Shown piece by piece: positions 1-12,585 of a stretch of DNA of 64,000 bases. Location: assembly GCA_013265495.1 (NCBI GenBank), contig MU058259.1:266437-330436 (forward strand). The letters run 5' to 3'. Position numbers and translations under genes: made by a program. The notes below the pieces were generated by a model, which had not been told where the DNA came from, searched no databases, and was given only the letters and a program-made list of their open reading frames with translations. Positions within the stretch are counted from its first letter, which is position 1. Every line of letters begins with the position of its first letter. Origin of the DNA: Vicugna vicugna (lineage: Eukaryota).

Positions 1-832
1 ACTTCTTTCTTAGGCTTCTTCTTATAGACTGGATTCTCTTATAAAGCAGCATGAGCTTTCTTATACATATCCTCCACCATGTCTAGAGTTAATGTTGTTC
101 TTTATGTAGTGAGAGAATTGTTTCTTGTAAGCATCTTCAATTTCTTCAGTTAGATTATGCATATCATCTGCAACATTCTGACTCATGATGTGCTTCTGGT
201 GTATTTCTGCGTTGAATTCCTTGCTTTCTGAATCATAACCAGGGGATCATTTGGTACTGTGAGGGATAGACAAGCCTCCATCCACAGCGCCCTTCAGGGT
301 CCCCCAGACTTTGTTTCCAGTAGTAGATCTAGCAAGTCCTGCATCCAAATGGCAGGTAAAGGCACCTACCTGATTGATCATCAATGCTTTCCATGTTGTG
401 GTTATCTCCAGTCACCTCCACTTGGCCTTCAAAGATTTTGTCCATGCCAAACTGACTGAGAAGCCTTTGGGCCAGCGGCAGGCCAGTACAGTATCCTGCA
501 GCATAATTTGTCAGGTCAACCTTCACACCGTACTTTGGGAGTTCATGTGCATTAGCAGCGCAGACTGTCATATTCCCTTCTGTGTGAGCGTAAGCGATCT
601 GACAAATGATATCTGTGTTGGTTACATGAACTCATCCTGTATTTGGGTGTGTTGTCCTTATTTTTATCTTGGATTACCAAGCATTTCCCAGTGTAGTAAT
701 TAATCAGTTTTACCCTCTCATCTTGTAAATTTCACTTGGTATCTCTTGAAGTAGGTCTTAATCTTAACAACTTCAACAAACCCCATCCTGTGGAACAGAG
801 ACCATGTCTGCAGCTTGCCAGATCTGCAGCCT
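1..832 (-). pseudogene. RPL5: Processed pseudogene of 60S ribosomal protein L5 (uL18); 3' end lies outside the window
   Basis: Minus strand from the ATG at 786 reads MGFVEVVKIKTYFKRYQVKFTR*EGKTD, then [29 protein letters not shown]...[16 protein letters not shown], and KAHAAL*ENPVYKKKPKKEV at the window edge, colinear with RPL5. No introns; a short 5' UTR remnant (ggtctctgttccacagg) precedes the ATG. Premature TGA at 718-720 plus frameshifts. Confidence 0.96.
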
Positions 833-2329
833 CCAAAGCCACTTTGAACAAATACACAGATACCACAGAGAAGCCAGATGTCTGCTAGCTGATGCAGCCA
901 GACGTGTCAGCCAGCCTACCTCAGACCCCAGAGAACAGTGCCATGCCACAGCCTAGGACATTCCAGAGCTGCCATTCCTCAGAGACCTTGGACCGGTGCT
1001 GGGCAAACCAGTGAGACTTAGCGTCACCTGGGGCATGTGTTTAAAAGGGAGTTTTAAAAGGCTATACTCCCGAGATGCTGGCTCAGGAGGTCTGGAGTGG
1101 GACTAAGGAATATACATTTTAGACCAGACTCCCAGATGATTCAAAATAAGGTCCAAAATGTCCAAAGAACAGAGGATATGAAGCCTTGTCTATAAACTGG
1201 GCAACGAGAGAAGATATCAGTAGGCCCTAGTTAAAAACACGGGTAAGGGGATCCTGAAAGTTTAACAGTCCCTTACTCTGGATAAATGTTTCTACCTCCT
1301 ACCTGCATGCTTGCTTCTTGGGGAAAGGGGACTTTCTGTGATGGCTCCCTAGTCCTCCAACAGTCTTTCAAGATAAAGGTGATTTATCTGCATCTGCTCT
1401 GTTAAAAGACACCAAGCAGAATGGTAAGCTCTATAGTCAACCCCTGGCTTAGAATTCAGGTCATTCCCAGCCTTTGAAGAGGAGACTATAGACACCTTCG
1501 TATGAATGGTAAACTCTCTGGAGACCCTTAGTTCCACCCAGTAATTTTCAATGCTTGGGACAGGCATTGGGACAGGCTTGGGACACTGTTTCATATTTCC
1601 AGTCCTTTGCAGTTCCCACAGGCCAATTTTTTTAAACTTCCCTGGCATTAACACAGTTTTGCTGGACATAAACTTCTCAGGAAGTATGAGTCGAGCTAGA
1701 GAAGAATTGCTTCTCAGAATATACAGAAACAGGATCTCCTTAGTCCTTGGCCATCAATTAGGCTTTTGGAAAGGAACGTAGTAGCTCTTTGAGTTCACCA
1801 GGAGATGCTTTGGGACTGTACTTATTGCAACAGGAGAAAGGCAGCTACTTAATAAATCCCAGAAAGGGCTTTCATTTAGCTTCCTCCGTCTACTGATTTG
1901 ATTCTCTTCATTCCATGATTTGCTTCTACATCTGCATTCACTATCCAGCATGAGCTCTTTACCTTTGCTTTCCCTTTAATCTGCATCCATGAATTACCTG
2001 CAGATACTCAGATCTGTAAATCATAGCATTAAGGTCATTAAATTAGGAATATGTCACTGAAAGTGAACCTCTTAGAGCAGCTCTTCATAACAATTTAAAG
2101 GCTCAAAGGCCCAGATGAAAAGTTCACAAAAGCAGTGGACCCTCCTCCTGGAAGAATGCACCTATAGACAACATTTTGCATACAGTTGTGTAGACCCCTC
2201 AGGTTAAGAATCTGCAGCTCACACCAAAGAAAAATAATCCCAATGAGACAGAAGAGGCTAGGGTGGGAGGAAGAGAAGGGGCAGAACAATGAAGCAGGTG
2301 GATCTCAGGGTGAACAGCCCCAATGTTAG

Positions 2330-2765
2330 CTGAAGTGACACAACACTAGCTGCTGTAACAAATAGCTCTTCAAATTTAAGTGTCTTGATGCATAACAGTC
2401 CGTTGTGGTGTTCCTGGTTGACAATTGAGTGACTTTCCCAGAGCAAACGAATGATTCAGGGATTCGGGCTTCTTCCACCTTGTAGCTCTGCCATCCCCCA
2501 GAGCCTCAGTCCTGTACCCACAGCCAGCAGGAGAAGAAAGACCATGGATAAGGTACATATACTTCTTGAAAATCCCAGCCCAGAAGTACTGTCTCTCACT
2601 TCCAGTCAAATTTCATTGCTGAGAACTGATTACAGGGCCACATCTGGATGGAAACAGGGCTGGAGAATGTGTCCCTGGTCTGGGTAGCCATTTCCTAGCA
2701 ACAACTCTACAACACCGAAAGGAGAGCATAAACTTTTGGTGGGCAGAAAGCTATGTCTCATGCTA
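2330..2765 (-). mobile_element. MaLR LTR (old MLT1 type)
   Basis: gctgctgtaacaaat...ttcttccaccttgtagctctgccatcccc...cagaagt motifs typical of antisense MLT1 LTRs (recalled consensus). Confidence 0.6.
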
Positions 2766-3729
2766 ACCATGGCACGCAAGTAAAATCAGATAACAATAAA
2801 TAGCAAGGACAGCCTTGAGAGGGAAAAGAAGCCACAAAAAGACATTATGAAGCGTCACACATGTGTATAATAGGGCAGCTGTGGCTCCACCTTGTTGGTA
2901 GCCAGTAAGTGAGATTGCAGACAAGTTGTCTTCCAGTCTCAGAGCTTTCTAGAACCAGATGTTTGGTCGAGCCCCTCCTTCTCTCTAGCTCTATCCTTCC
3001 TTCCTCCTACTTCTAAACCAAAGTGCTAGTTTCAGAAGCAATTTCCCTTTTAGAATACATGCTTCATACCCATCCATCTGAACCAGAATTTAGTTGGTTA
3101 ATTGAAAAATAAGATAGTTAAAACAGGGAATCATTGGAAAAATGATACATACAATCATAAATATTTTATATAACTTAAATCGTGTAAATATACATTCATT
3201 CACTAAGTTTTTGATATACAGCCAAGTCATTTTCTTTGAATATAAATCTGCTGATGGAAGTTGCAGGCTTTCCTTCTCTCATGAGCTGCACCTAAATCTC
3301 ATTGTGTATGAGATCTAGTTTTGAAAGTGGAGCAAGAATTTAAGGCACTTGTGAAGCAAGTTCAGTGTATAATCCTCCCAATTTTTAAATGATTTTTCAA
3401 TCTTTTACAATTGTTTGGCATACACATAATTCAACAGCATTTTAAACTACCTGCTACTGTTACATCTTTCTAAAAATTTCAACTTTGTTCTCATAGAAAC
3501 AACTCCTTTTGCATTCATATTTCATCAATTCACATGTATAAATTACTTAATTTTAAGAAGTAGTACAACTGGAACAATTGTCATAAACAGGTTTGGAAGC
3601 AAACACAATCAACTCTTGGTAAGTGGGAGCAGAAGTGTATGCTGTAGGAGTGTGGCTCTGAGCACTCAGGGGGACATGGACCTCAGTCTATGTGTCTTGC
3701 AGAGGAAATAAGGAGTCTTGGTTTACTTG

Positions 3730-4248
3730 GTGTGGTCGCCAGCCTCCAAGGTGGTCAACAATAAGCCTTGCCTTTTGATATTCATACCCTTGTGTAGTCT
3801 CCTTCCACAATGAATTCATGGCTGGTCTGTGTGACCAATAGAATATGGTAGAAGTGTCAGTTGTGTGACTAGTGAGGGTAGGCCACAAAGAGTGTTGGGA
3901 CTTCTGCCTTGATGTCTTAAATTCCTTGCTTTCGGAGAAGTCATCATGAGGACATTCAAGCAACCCTGTAGAGAGACCCACATGGAAAGGATCTGAAGTC
4001 TCCCACCAATAGTCAGCACCAGTTTGCCACCTTAGAAGCAGACTGGCCAGCCCCAGTCAAGCCTGTGGATGACTGGAGCCTCAGCCACCATCTGACTGTA
4101 TTCTTATGAGTGATCCCAAGCCAGAACCATCTGGCCAAGCTGCTCTTGAATTCCTGATCCACAGAAGTTTTGGAAGATAATGAGTTTTCATTGTTTTAAG
4201 CCACTAGGTTTTAGGATGGTTTCTTACACAGCAATAGACAGCTAGTAC
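3730..4248 (+). mobile_element. MaLR solo LTR (MLT1 family)
   Basis: TG start, tgaccaatagaatatggtagaagtg, ccccagtcaagcct, and the 3' end ttgttttaagccactaggttttagg...tacacagcaatagacagctagtaca. Confidence 0.75.
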
Positions 4249-4514
4249 ATTTGGCAGAATGATTATCTTTCTGTCATTCAGAGAAGCTTCTGCAATAATA
4301 GACTGTCTATCGTGCTGGAAAGCCCTACCTGCTTTTGCTTTTTGGACTGGTGGCCACAGACCATGCATGAGATGGTTGATGAGGGATAAGGCCATGATCA
4401 TGAAGGATAATGAACCATGTGAGGGTAAATCTAGAACTCTCGGCCTTCTTAGCACCTGACTCAAGTGAGCTAACAAGTTTAGGCTTGATTTAGGGTATGG
4501 TCCAATAACGAAAG

Positions 4515-4681
4515 CGTCTTTATTCAAAGTGTGGTTCATGGACCAGCAGCATTGGCATCACCTGGGAGCTTGCTGAAAGTGTAGCATCTCATGCCCTACC
4601 TCAGGTATACTGAAGCAGAATCTGTATTTTTAACAAGATCCCCTGGGGAAACATATACACTTTAAGGTCTGAGAAGCACTT
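4515..4681. mobile_element. MER5-type hAT-Charlie MITE (others near 1000-1150, 6460-6780, 10900-11070, 38600-38980, 41710-41895)
   Basis: caaagtgtggttcatggaccagcagcattggcatcacctgggagcttg...tttttaacaagatcccc...tgagaagcact. Confidence 0.75.
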
Positions 4682-7600
4682 ACTAAAGGATTATTTGGTG
4701 ATGTGGGAACTGAAGGGAATACATTCTGGAAGGATTGCTTCTAGAAAGGATTTCATTTTCCTGTAAGTAAGATCCTACCCAACAGGAACACTAGAAGCAA
4801 TTCCTGAATTAGAGGAGATTGGATTCACGTCCTCCAGGATTAACTCATTTTCAGCATTCTGTTGGTCTCTTCTGTGATCCTTGTCTCTAATTTCATCGTG
4901 TCTTAGATGTCTACAGTACCTGTCCCAGGAGTCCTGAGTTTTACCATCTTATTTCTTCCTACCCGTTGCCTCTCTCTGGTTTGCTTTAATAAGGCAAATT
5001 CATCAAAACTCAGTGATGTTTTCACGCTACTTGAAGGGGTAGATATGACTCCAGGGAGAAAAAAACACATTTTTTTCCTGATTGTGGTATACCTAGGACA
5101 CGTGGCTGTGAAGAGGCTGAGAGGCAGATTGCTGCCTCCTGTTATTTACATCCTGAGACTCTCCATGGGATGTGAGACAAGGCACCGTGAGCTGGAAGGC
5201 AGGATTTTTAAAGAGCAAACAGGAGGCTGGAGAAGTCATTAATTATGTTATCACAAAAAATATTTGGTGCTTCTTCTTAACGTTACAGCTGCCATTGCTG
5301 CTGGTAATGTCCTTTTATTTGTCCAGGGGGGCTTGCTCCCATTAGATTAGATTAAGTGTCTCATCTAAGGCACAATAACAGATTTGGCCCTGTGCTTTAG
5401 CTGCTGGCTGTGGTTGACTGATACCCAAGCTTTTGACTCCCTGCTGCGTATCTAAGTGGTACAAGCTGCAGTCAATGCATTTAATCTACATAAAAAGAAC
5501 ACAAATTGCACGTTAGCCTTTTTGAGTCCAGTAATCAGATCCCCCCCAACTTCTTCCCCTCCTCCGACCCCTGCTCTACTGGACAGTTTGAAGCACACTA
5601 GTGTTGCAAAAAAATTTTTTCTGAGTCAGGTGAAAAGTCTTTTGCATTTTAATTGCACTTGATCTGCTCATTGAATGACCCCTGTAATTTATATATTGTT
5701 CATAGTTAGTGCTTTCTGCAGTCCTGCTGTGCAGCTGATAACATAATTCACAGGCACGCACCTTGGGCTCTGTGGGTAGTGGCTTGGGTTTTCCTTTCTT
5801 TCTGAGTTTGCAAAATTCTCTTGCTAGTCGTTCAGATTCAGGCTGCTGCGGCTGATGTCAGTCACTATCTGCTTATGCAGGTGTAGCAAAAAGGCCACTC
5901 AATGAGCCCCCGCCTGCTCCTTTGTTTACATTGAAAGATGGCCCTTTCCTCGCCAGCCTTCTACGCTGTTTGCAGACCCGCTGGCTCTTTGTGACGCAGC
6001 TTCCTCCAAGCTCTCCCTGGATCCTGCAATGAATTGGCTTAAACTAGAGCTGTGAAAAGAACAGCAAATACAGGTATCACGCTCTCACAGGCTAACTACA
6101 GAGGCAGTGAGATCAAAGACAATCAATAATTATGAAGGTCATAATAAATAGGAAATGCAGACATGACTCTTTTTTTTTGGTACATTAGATGGTTAGCTTT
6201 GGTAACTACAGCCATGCTATTTTTGTGATTTGGAAGATATTCTAAGCATTTAAGGCAAGTCTATGGGAAATCAAAGTTCAGTTTTTACAAGTTTAGGTGT
6301 TTAATCAGTTTATTTGCTTTATAGTCTTATTGAAGCTGTATTCCATACATTCCCCTGTAGGATAAATTACGGGGTTGAGTTGGATTATTTTGGCCCATCT
6401 CAGATTTTGGTTTAGTGGTTTTGCTCTCAAAAAACTTTAGGGGGTAAGAGATTATTCCCTTGCCACTTAAAGTATGTCCCATGGTACATCAGCATCATCA
6501 TCACCTGCGGGGTTCTTCGAAGTGCAGAATCTCAGCATCCGCATACCAACAAGATCCCCAGGTAGCTTGCACATCACAGTTTGAGAAGCACCGAGTTAGA
6601 CAATTGGGTCTCAACCCTATCTGCACATTCAAATCATCCAAAAACCTTTAAAAAATACTAATGCCTGGACCCCAACACCAGAGGTTCTGATCTAATTGCT
6701 TTAGTATAGATCCAGGCACTGAGAGTTTTTACAACCTACTCGCACGATCTAACATGCAGCCAAGGGGGAGAATCACAGGATTATGCAAAATCTTAGAGAA
6801 GGTTTCAAAACAAACAGTTCTAAACCTAAATCAGTGCCCTACAGACATTTCCCAGACTCCTTGGGAACCAGCAGGGTTTTCAGTACAATTGAACTTGACA
6901 AGTTTCTTCAGTGCCTCTTATGGGTCCATCTCACTACATCCCACAGGTCCATTCGGACAAGCCAGAAGGCAAAATACCTTGTGGGCAAGACAGAATTTTC
7001 CGTAGAGACATCTTTTCTAGCATATGTTTAGCAAACCTTCTGATTTCTTTTATTAGAAGAGAGGCAGGTGGCCCTTTGGGAAAGAGTTTGGAATGAAAGT
7101 CAGAAGACCTGGGTTCAAATTCTTATTTCACCACGAAGCAGTTTGTTATAATGTCTGAGATTTACGTTAAAATTCCTCACCAATTATAGAGTGACACTGT
7201 GTGCTTCAAAGTTAGGTTAAACAAAAACCCAGATGTGAATCAAGCATGCACACCCCAGGGTTGGTCTGTGGGCATTCTCAGCAGAGGGGCCACTCTCCAG
7301 AGGCTGTTACTATATCCATTTCTGCTATTGAGATTGCCCACATTTTGCTAATGACCATAGCAAATGTCACAAAGAGGTATTATTGGTGAAATGAATGTCT
7401 TGTTAATTAGCATGATGAATGACCTCTCATGGCGAAATCACATGAATTCAAGATATGTGGATCTGCCCAAATATTTTAGCAATACTCCCTACTCTTATAT
7501 AAACCAGATAGAAGAACCTAGTGACATCTATAGCTCTGTACCCTTAGGGATGGAGCCCAAGAATTGAACCCTAAGTGGGCCTTTGCCCAGCTATTGGTTT

Positions 7601-9002
7601 AGGAGGATTTCTTATTGCCTGATGCTGGTTATAATGGTAACGATCTTGTCATCCTATGTTGGCATTGTTGTGTGTGTTTTTGAGTGAAACTTTCAGGCAA
7701 GGCGACAGAATGTGGTTTGAGAATTGCTTTCCTTGTAACCTTGTCCTGAGGCTGCAGTAGAGTAGCTAATGCTCACCCATTCACTCAAACCTCTTCTGTG
7801 TTTACCATTAGCTACCAAAAATATTCTAATAGTTGAACATGAACAAATGAGTATGAGTCAGCAACAACCCAGTTGTGTGACCTTGCGTCTCACATCTAGT
7901 TGCTGTACATCTCTGGGTCTCAGTCACTTTTTTTTTTAAACCAAGAGGATCATCTTAAAGATTTTTTTCTGGCTTAAGATTCTAAATTTAAAAAAATTCT
8001 AACATGAGGAAAAGTCAAACAGACCAAGATACTCTAGGCTGCTGTAGAGCTTGCTTTTGTGTCCCCTACGTCCCCCTGTTGGGCCCCCTCAATTGCAGTC
8101 CATACTGTGTGATTCTTTTCAATAATCCCAGGCCCCTGGGAAACTTAGCCCATGCTTGCCATTCTCTCTGTATGGTCCCAATTAAGTCTGTGGACCGTAA
8201 ATATGGAATTCTGACAAGGCTCTGAATGTTGCTAAGTTAATAGAAAATTCTGGCAAAAAAGTAGACTGGAGGAGATGATGCTTTACAATTGTCTCACTTA
8301 GCAGGCTCCTTTTATTCTGAGAAACACTGGCAATGGGGTTGTTTCAATTTAACATTTTCCTTCAAGGAAACCTAGCAGTGGCACTCATCTCCCAGTGCGG
8401 CTTAAATGAAGCAGCAAGTCTGATGACGCTGAGGCAAACCCTAGCAACTCCTTGGTGCTATTGCAAGAAGCAGACCCCAATGGTGAGGCTCAATCGGTCA
8501 CTTGTTCCAGCAAAGGAGGAAGAGCATGTTTAATTGACCCGTTGGTAGACATTTGTTCTTATTTCATCCTCCTAAACAGCCTTGGTATCTTTCTGTTGTG
8601 GCTTCCCAAGGATTCCTGGCGTTGAGCCCTTTATAGCCTCTAATGAAGGCATTGTACTATTTGCAGTCAAATCTATGGCATGAAACAAAGAAGGGACTTG
8701 ACAGAGCTGTTTCCAGCACAGTTATTGAAAATAATCTCAACCTATTGGGGCCAAAAATAACTGAGATGGAGACAAAGATCAAGCTAGTGTTGCAATCTTG
8801 TGCAATAGCAGCTCCGATGAAAAAATGCTGGGCAGCAAACCAATGGAGACAGTTCATCTCAAAGATTTTTCCTTAGAAAAATTCTTCAGGACATCTGGCC
8901 CCCAGCTCTGAAGTTTTCCTGTTTTGTGCCATCTAAATGTTTGTTGGATTTCAGCTTTGCTGTGTGCTTTCAGTTTTCAAAATGAACTTACCTTTATATC
9001 TT

Positions 9003-10179
9003 TTTTTAAAAATTTTTTTATTGATTTATAATCATTTTACAATGTTGTGTCAAATTCCAGTGTAGAGCACAATTTTTCAGTTATACATGAACATATATAT
9101 ATTCATTGTCACATTTTTTTCTCTGTGAGCTACCATAAGATCTTGTGTATATTTCCCTGTGCTATACAGTATAATCTTGTTTATCTATTCTACAATTTTG
9201 AAATCCCGTCTATCCCTTCCCACTTTCCGCCCCCTTGGCAACCACAAATTTGTATTCTATGTCTATGAGTCTGTTTCTGTTTTGTATTTATGCTTTGTTT
9301 GTTTTTGTTTTTGTTTTTGTTTTTGTTTTTGTTTTTGTTTTAGATTCCACATATGAGCGATCTCATGTGGTATTTTTCTTTCTCTTTCTGGCTTACTGCA
9401 CTTAGAATGACATTCTCCAGGAGCATCATGTTGCTGAAAATGGCATTATGTTGTTGGTTTTTATGGCTGAGTAGTATTCCATTGTATAATTATACGACAT
9501 CTTCTTTACCCAGTCATCCGTTGATGGACATTTAGGCTGTCTCCATGTCTTGGCTATTGTAAATAGTGCTGCTATGAACATTGGGGTGCAGGTGTCTTTT
9601 TGAAGTAGGGTTCCTTCTGGATATATGCCCAGGAGCGGGATGACTGGGTCCTATGGTAAGTCTATTCCTAGTCCTCCTTTTGAGGAATCTCCATACTGTT
9701 TTCCACAATGGCTGCACCAAACTGCATTCTCACCAACAGTGTAAGAGGGTTCCCTTTTCTCCACAGCCTCTCCAGCATTTGTCATTTGTGGACTTTTGAA
9801 TGATGGCCGTTGTAACATTTGTATGTCTTCCTTGGAGAGTTGCTTGTTTAGGTCTTTTGCCCATTTTTGGATTGGGTTGTTTGGTTGTTTCTTATTAAGC
9901 CATATGAGTTGCTTACATATTCTGGAGATCAAGCCTTTGTTGGTTTCATTTGCAAAAATTTTGTCCCATTCCGTAGGTTGTCTTTTTGTTTTACTTCTGG
10001 TTTCCTTTGCTGTGCAGAAGCTTGTAAGTTTCATTAGGTCCCATTTGTTTATTCTTGTTTTTATTCCTATTGCTTGAGTAGACTATTCTAGGAGAACATT
10101 TTCTTCTAGGAGGTTTATTGTATCTTGTCTTATGTTTAAGTCTTTGATCCATTTTGAGTTTATTTTTGTGTATTGTTTA
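9003..10179 (-). mobile_element. 5'-truncated LINE-1 (ORF2 C-terminus plus 3' UTR), young lineage-specific type
   Basis: ORF track gives KLTSFCTAKETRSKTKRQPTEWDKIFAN and [13 protein letters not shown] (L1 ORF2). T-rich tail at ~9001-9020, internal (TTTTTG)n at ~9295-9341. Probable TSD ttacctttatatctt (8988-9002) / ttacctttacacctt (10180-10194). Confidence 0.93.
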
Positions 10180-12119
10180 TTACCTTTACACCTTAAAAGA
10201 CAGCAGAAAGTGAACGATCCGTTAAGGGCTTCAAACAGGTTGTGATTACATATTGTTGAACCTGACTGTACTTTAAACAATGGGAATATTAAAATGCGAT
10301 GTATCAGAAGTCTTGGTTAAAATGTCCATGAGAGATAATCAAGAGGAGTTGACAGATATTTCTTGCAGGTGATTTTGATTTTTTAAAATCTAGTAATTGG
10401 CTACTAAATAAATTCACTTATCTGCAGTTGTGTAAAACTAAAAGGAACACTTAATCCATTTCTTTAAAGGAGTCTAAATATAAAACCCCAGTAATCTTAA
10501 TATTTTCCCCAAACCAAATGCAATGCTCCTTGAACTCAGGTCAAAATTTTTTCTTAAACATTTAATAAATATCTACTATATGCCAATTACTGTGCTAGAT
10601 TAGGAGTATAGCCTCAAAAAAATGTAAGGAGGTACAAATACACATTAGAGAATCACCAGCTACCACCCTGATTTTGAAATCCCATGATCACGCTTTGAGC
10701 CATGGGAAGTGCTAATGACAGCCACTCAGTACCCTAAGAGAGCAGTAGAAATGAGATGCAGATGCAGAGGCCCAGAACTTAGAATGAGGAGGGGCTGGAA
10801 GGCCTAGGGGTTCAACTTCTTAATTCACCCCATTCTAATCTTCACCCCCTTGTCTCTAGTCAGGAATAAGTGAGTCAGTAGGTCATTGCATTGAGTGTCT
10901 CAGCCATGGCTGTCCTTCAAAATCGTCTGTAGAACTTTAAAAAAATACAGATTCCCCACCCCTTGCCCAGATTTCAGAATCAGTATTACTGGGATGGGGC
11001 TAGGGATTCCATATTTTTAAAGCATTCCCTTTGCGGTTCTTAACACTGGATAACAGTGTTAAGACTTACTGGACATAGAACCAATGTATCCAGAACACTT
11101 TGTGCTAAAGGGCCAGGGGGCTATGAAAGAAATAGCAAGTCAGGTCCTGGCCTACAAACGATTTATTACAACCAGAGGAGAACTTAAGGGAGAGAATAAG
11201 AAAATAACAGAGAACGTGAGAGGAAAACAAGTAACCCAGAAGGAAGGCTATGGGACTGTGTGCTCCATTTGCTGTTTCGGGTGTAGGAAGTAGTAGCCAA
11301 GCTTTTGTACAAACAGGCTCACCCCTGATATTTTTAAGGCCTGGAACCAAAGTACAAATGGAAGCCCAAATATATATCTAAATACTTAAAAGTTATAAAG
11401 CTAATAAATGGTTATTCAAAACATGTCCATGACAAATGTACCTTTGCAAGACCTGGAAGATCAGGTTTGAATTTAAAGTTATTGGACTTCTTGGAGTTCT
11501 ACACTGGACCATAATGGCAGGAGGAGAGTAAGCCTGGGTCACCAGCCTGTAGCTCACCCCCTCCCCATCTCTTCCCTCATAGACTCCATCTCCCACTCTA
11601 AGGAGCCTTGTGGGCACATGGACCAATGGGCTGCAGTGTCTACCTAAATTCTATTCATACCTCCCTGCAAACAGCTACCCCTCAGCCTTACCTCTAGTGT
11701 ATGGTGTTAAAACTGGCTACATAATCTGCCTTTGGGAATAAGGACCCAGGGAAGAAGCCCATGCAGGTTCTGGAAACTGGCTTGAGCCACCTGGTCAGGG
11801 AATTCCAAGGTTCCTGTCACATAAACCATGGTCTAGAAAATTTTGACCTTGCTGGCTCCTCCTACATTCTGTAGGATGGGGTTCTTTAATAGTCAAGGCC
11901 AAGAATAGGGCTCCTCTTGATGGGATAAAAAACTAGCACAGTGTACAGGCAGGATGGTGGCTGAGTCCTGCAAACTATATGCTTGGCCCACAGAAGCATA
12001 AAAATCATGGTATGGAGAATAGTCCTGGAGAAGAATAAGTTTAAATCATTCCCTATCCTTTTTGTCCCAGATGTGGGTTCAAATTGAGATCTGCCAGCCA
12101 CACCTGTCTCAGGGTTTTT

Positions 12120-12585
12120 AATCAGTTAGGATTAGGTTCAGCTGAAAAGTAATTGTAGGATTAGGTTCAGCCAAAAAAGAAAAAAACCCCACAGTGGCAT
12201 CAACAAGACAGAAGTTTTTGTCTTTCACATAAATGTAAGCAGTAAGTCTACTGTAGCAACTTTAGAATCCCCAGGGTCACAGGCTCCTTTTATTTTGATG
12301 CTCTGCCATCCTTAAGACCTGGTTTCTGCTTCATGGTCCAGAAATGTCTGCTCAAGCTCCATCCATCACATTCATATTCCAACCAGCTAGAAGGAGGAAA
12401 AGACAAAAACATGTCCTATTTAAAGATACTCTCCAGATTTTGTATAACACTCGTCCACCTCTGCCTCATTGATCAGAACTTAGTTATGTTGCCACAACTA
12501 GCTAAAACTTGCACCTAGCTAAAAATGGAGGTTCTGTTTCTAAGGGAAAAAAAGGAATTGGATGATAACTAGCGGTGTCTTGCAA
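12120..12585 (-). mobile_element. MaLR LTR (old MLT1 type)
   Basis: tcagttaggattaggttcagc start, cagtggcatcaacaagacagaagttt, gctctgccatcctta, cagaacttagttatgttgccaca. Confidence 0.55.

Noticed and set aside
12127..12171. Direct repeat taggattaggttcagc
   Set aside because: Small local duplication at the end of an old LTR; the spacer is not recognisable as an insert.
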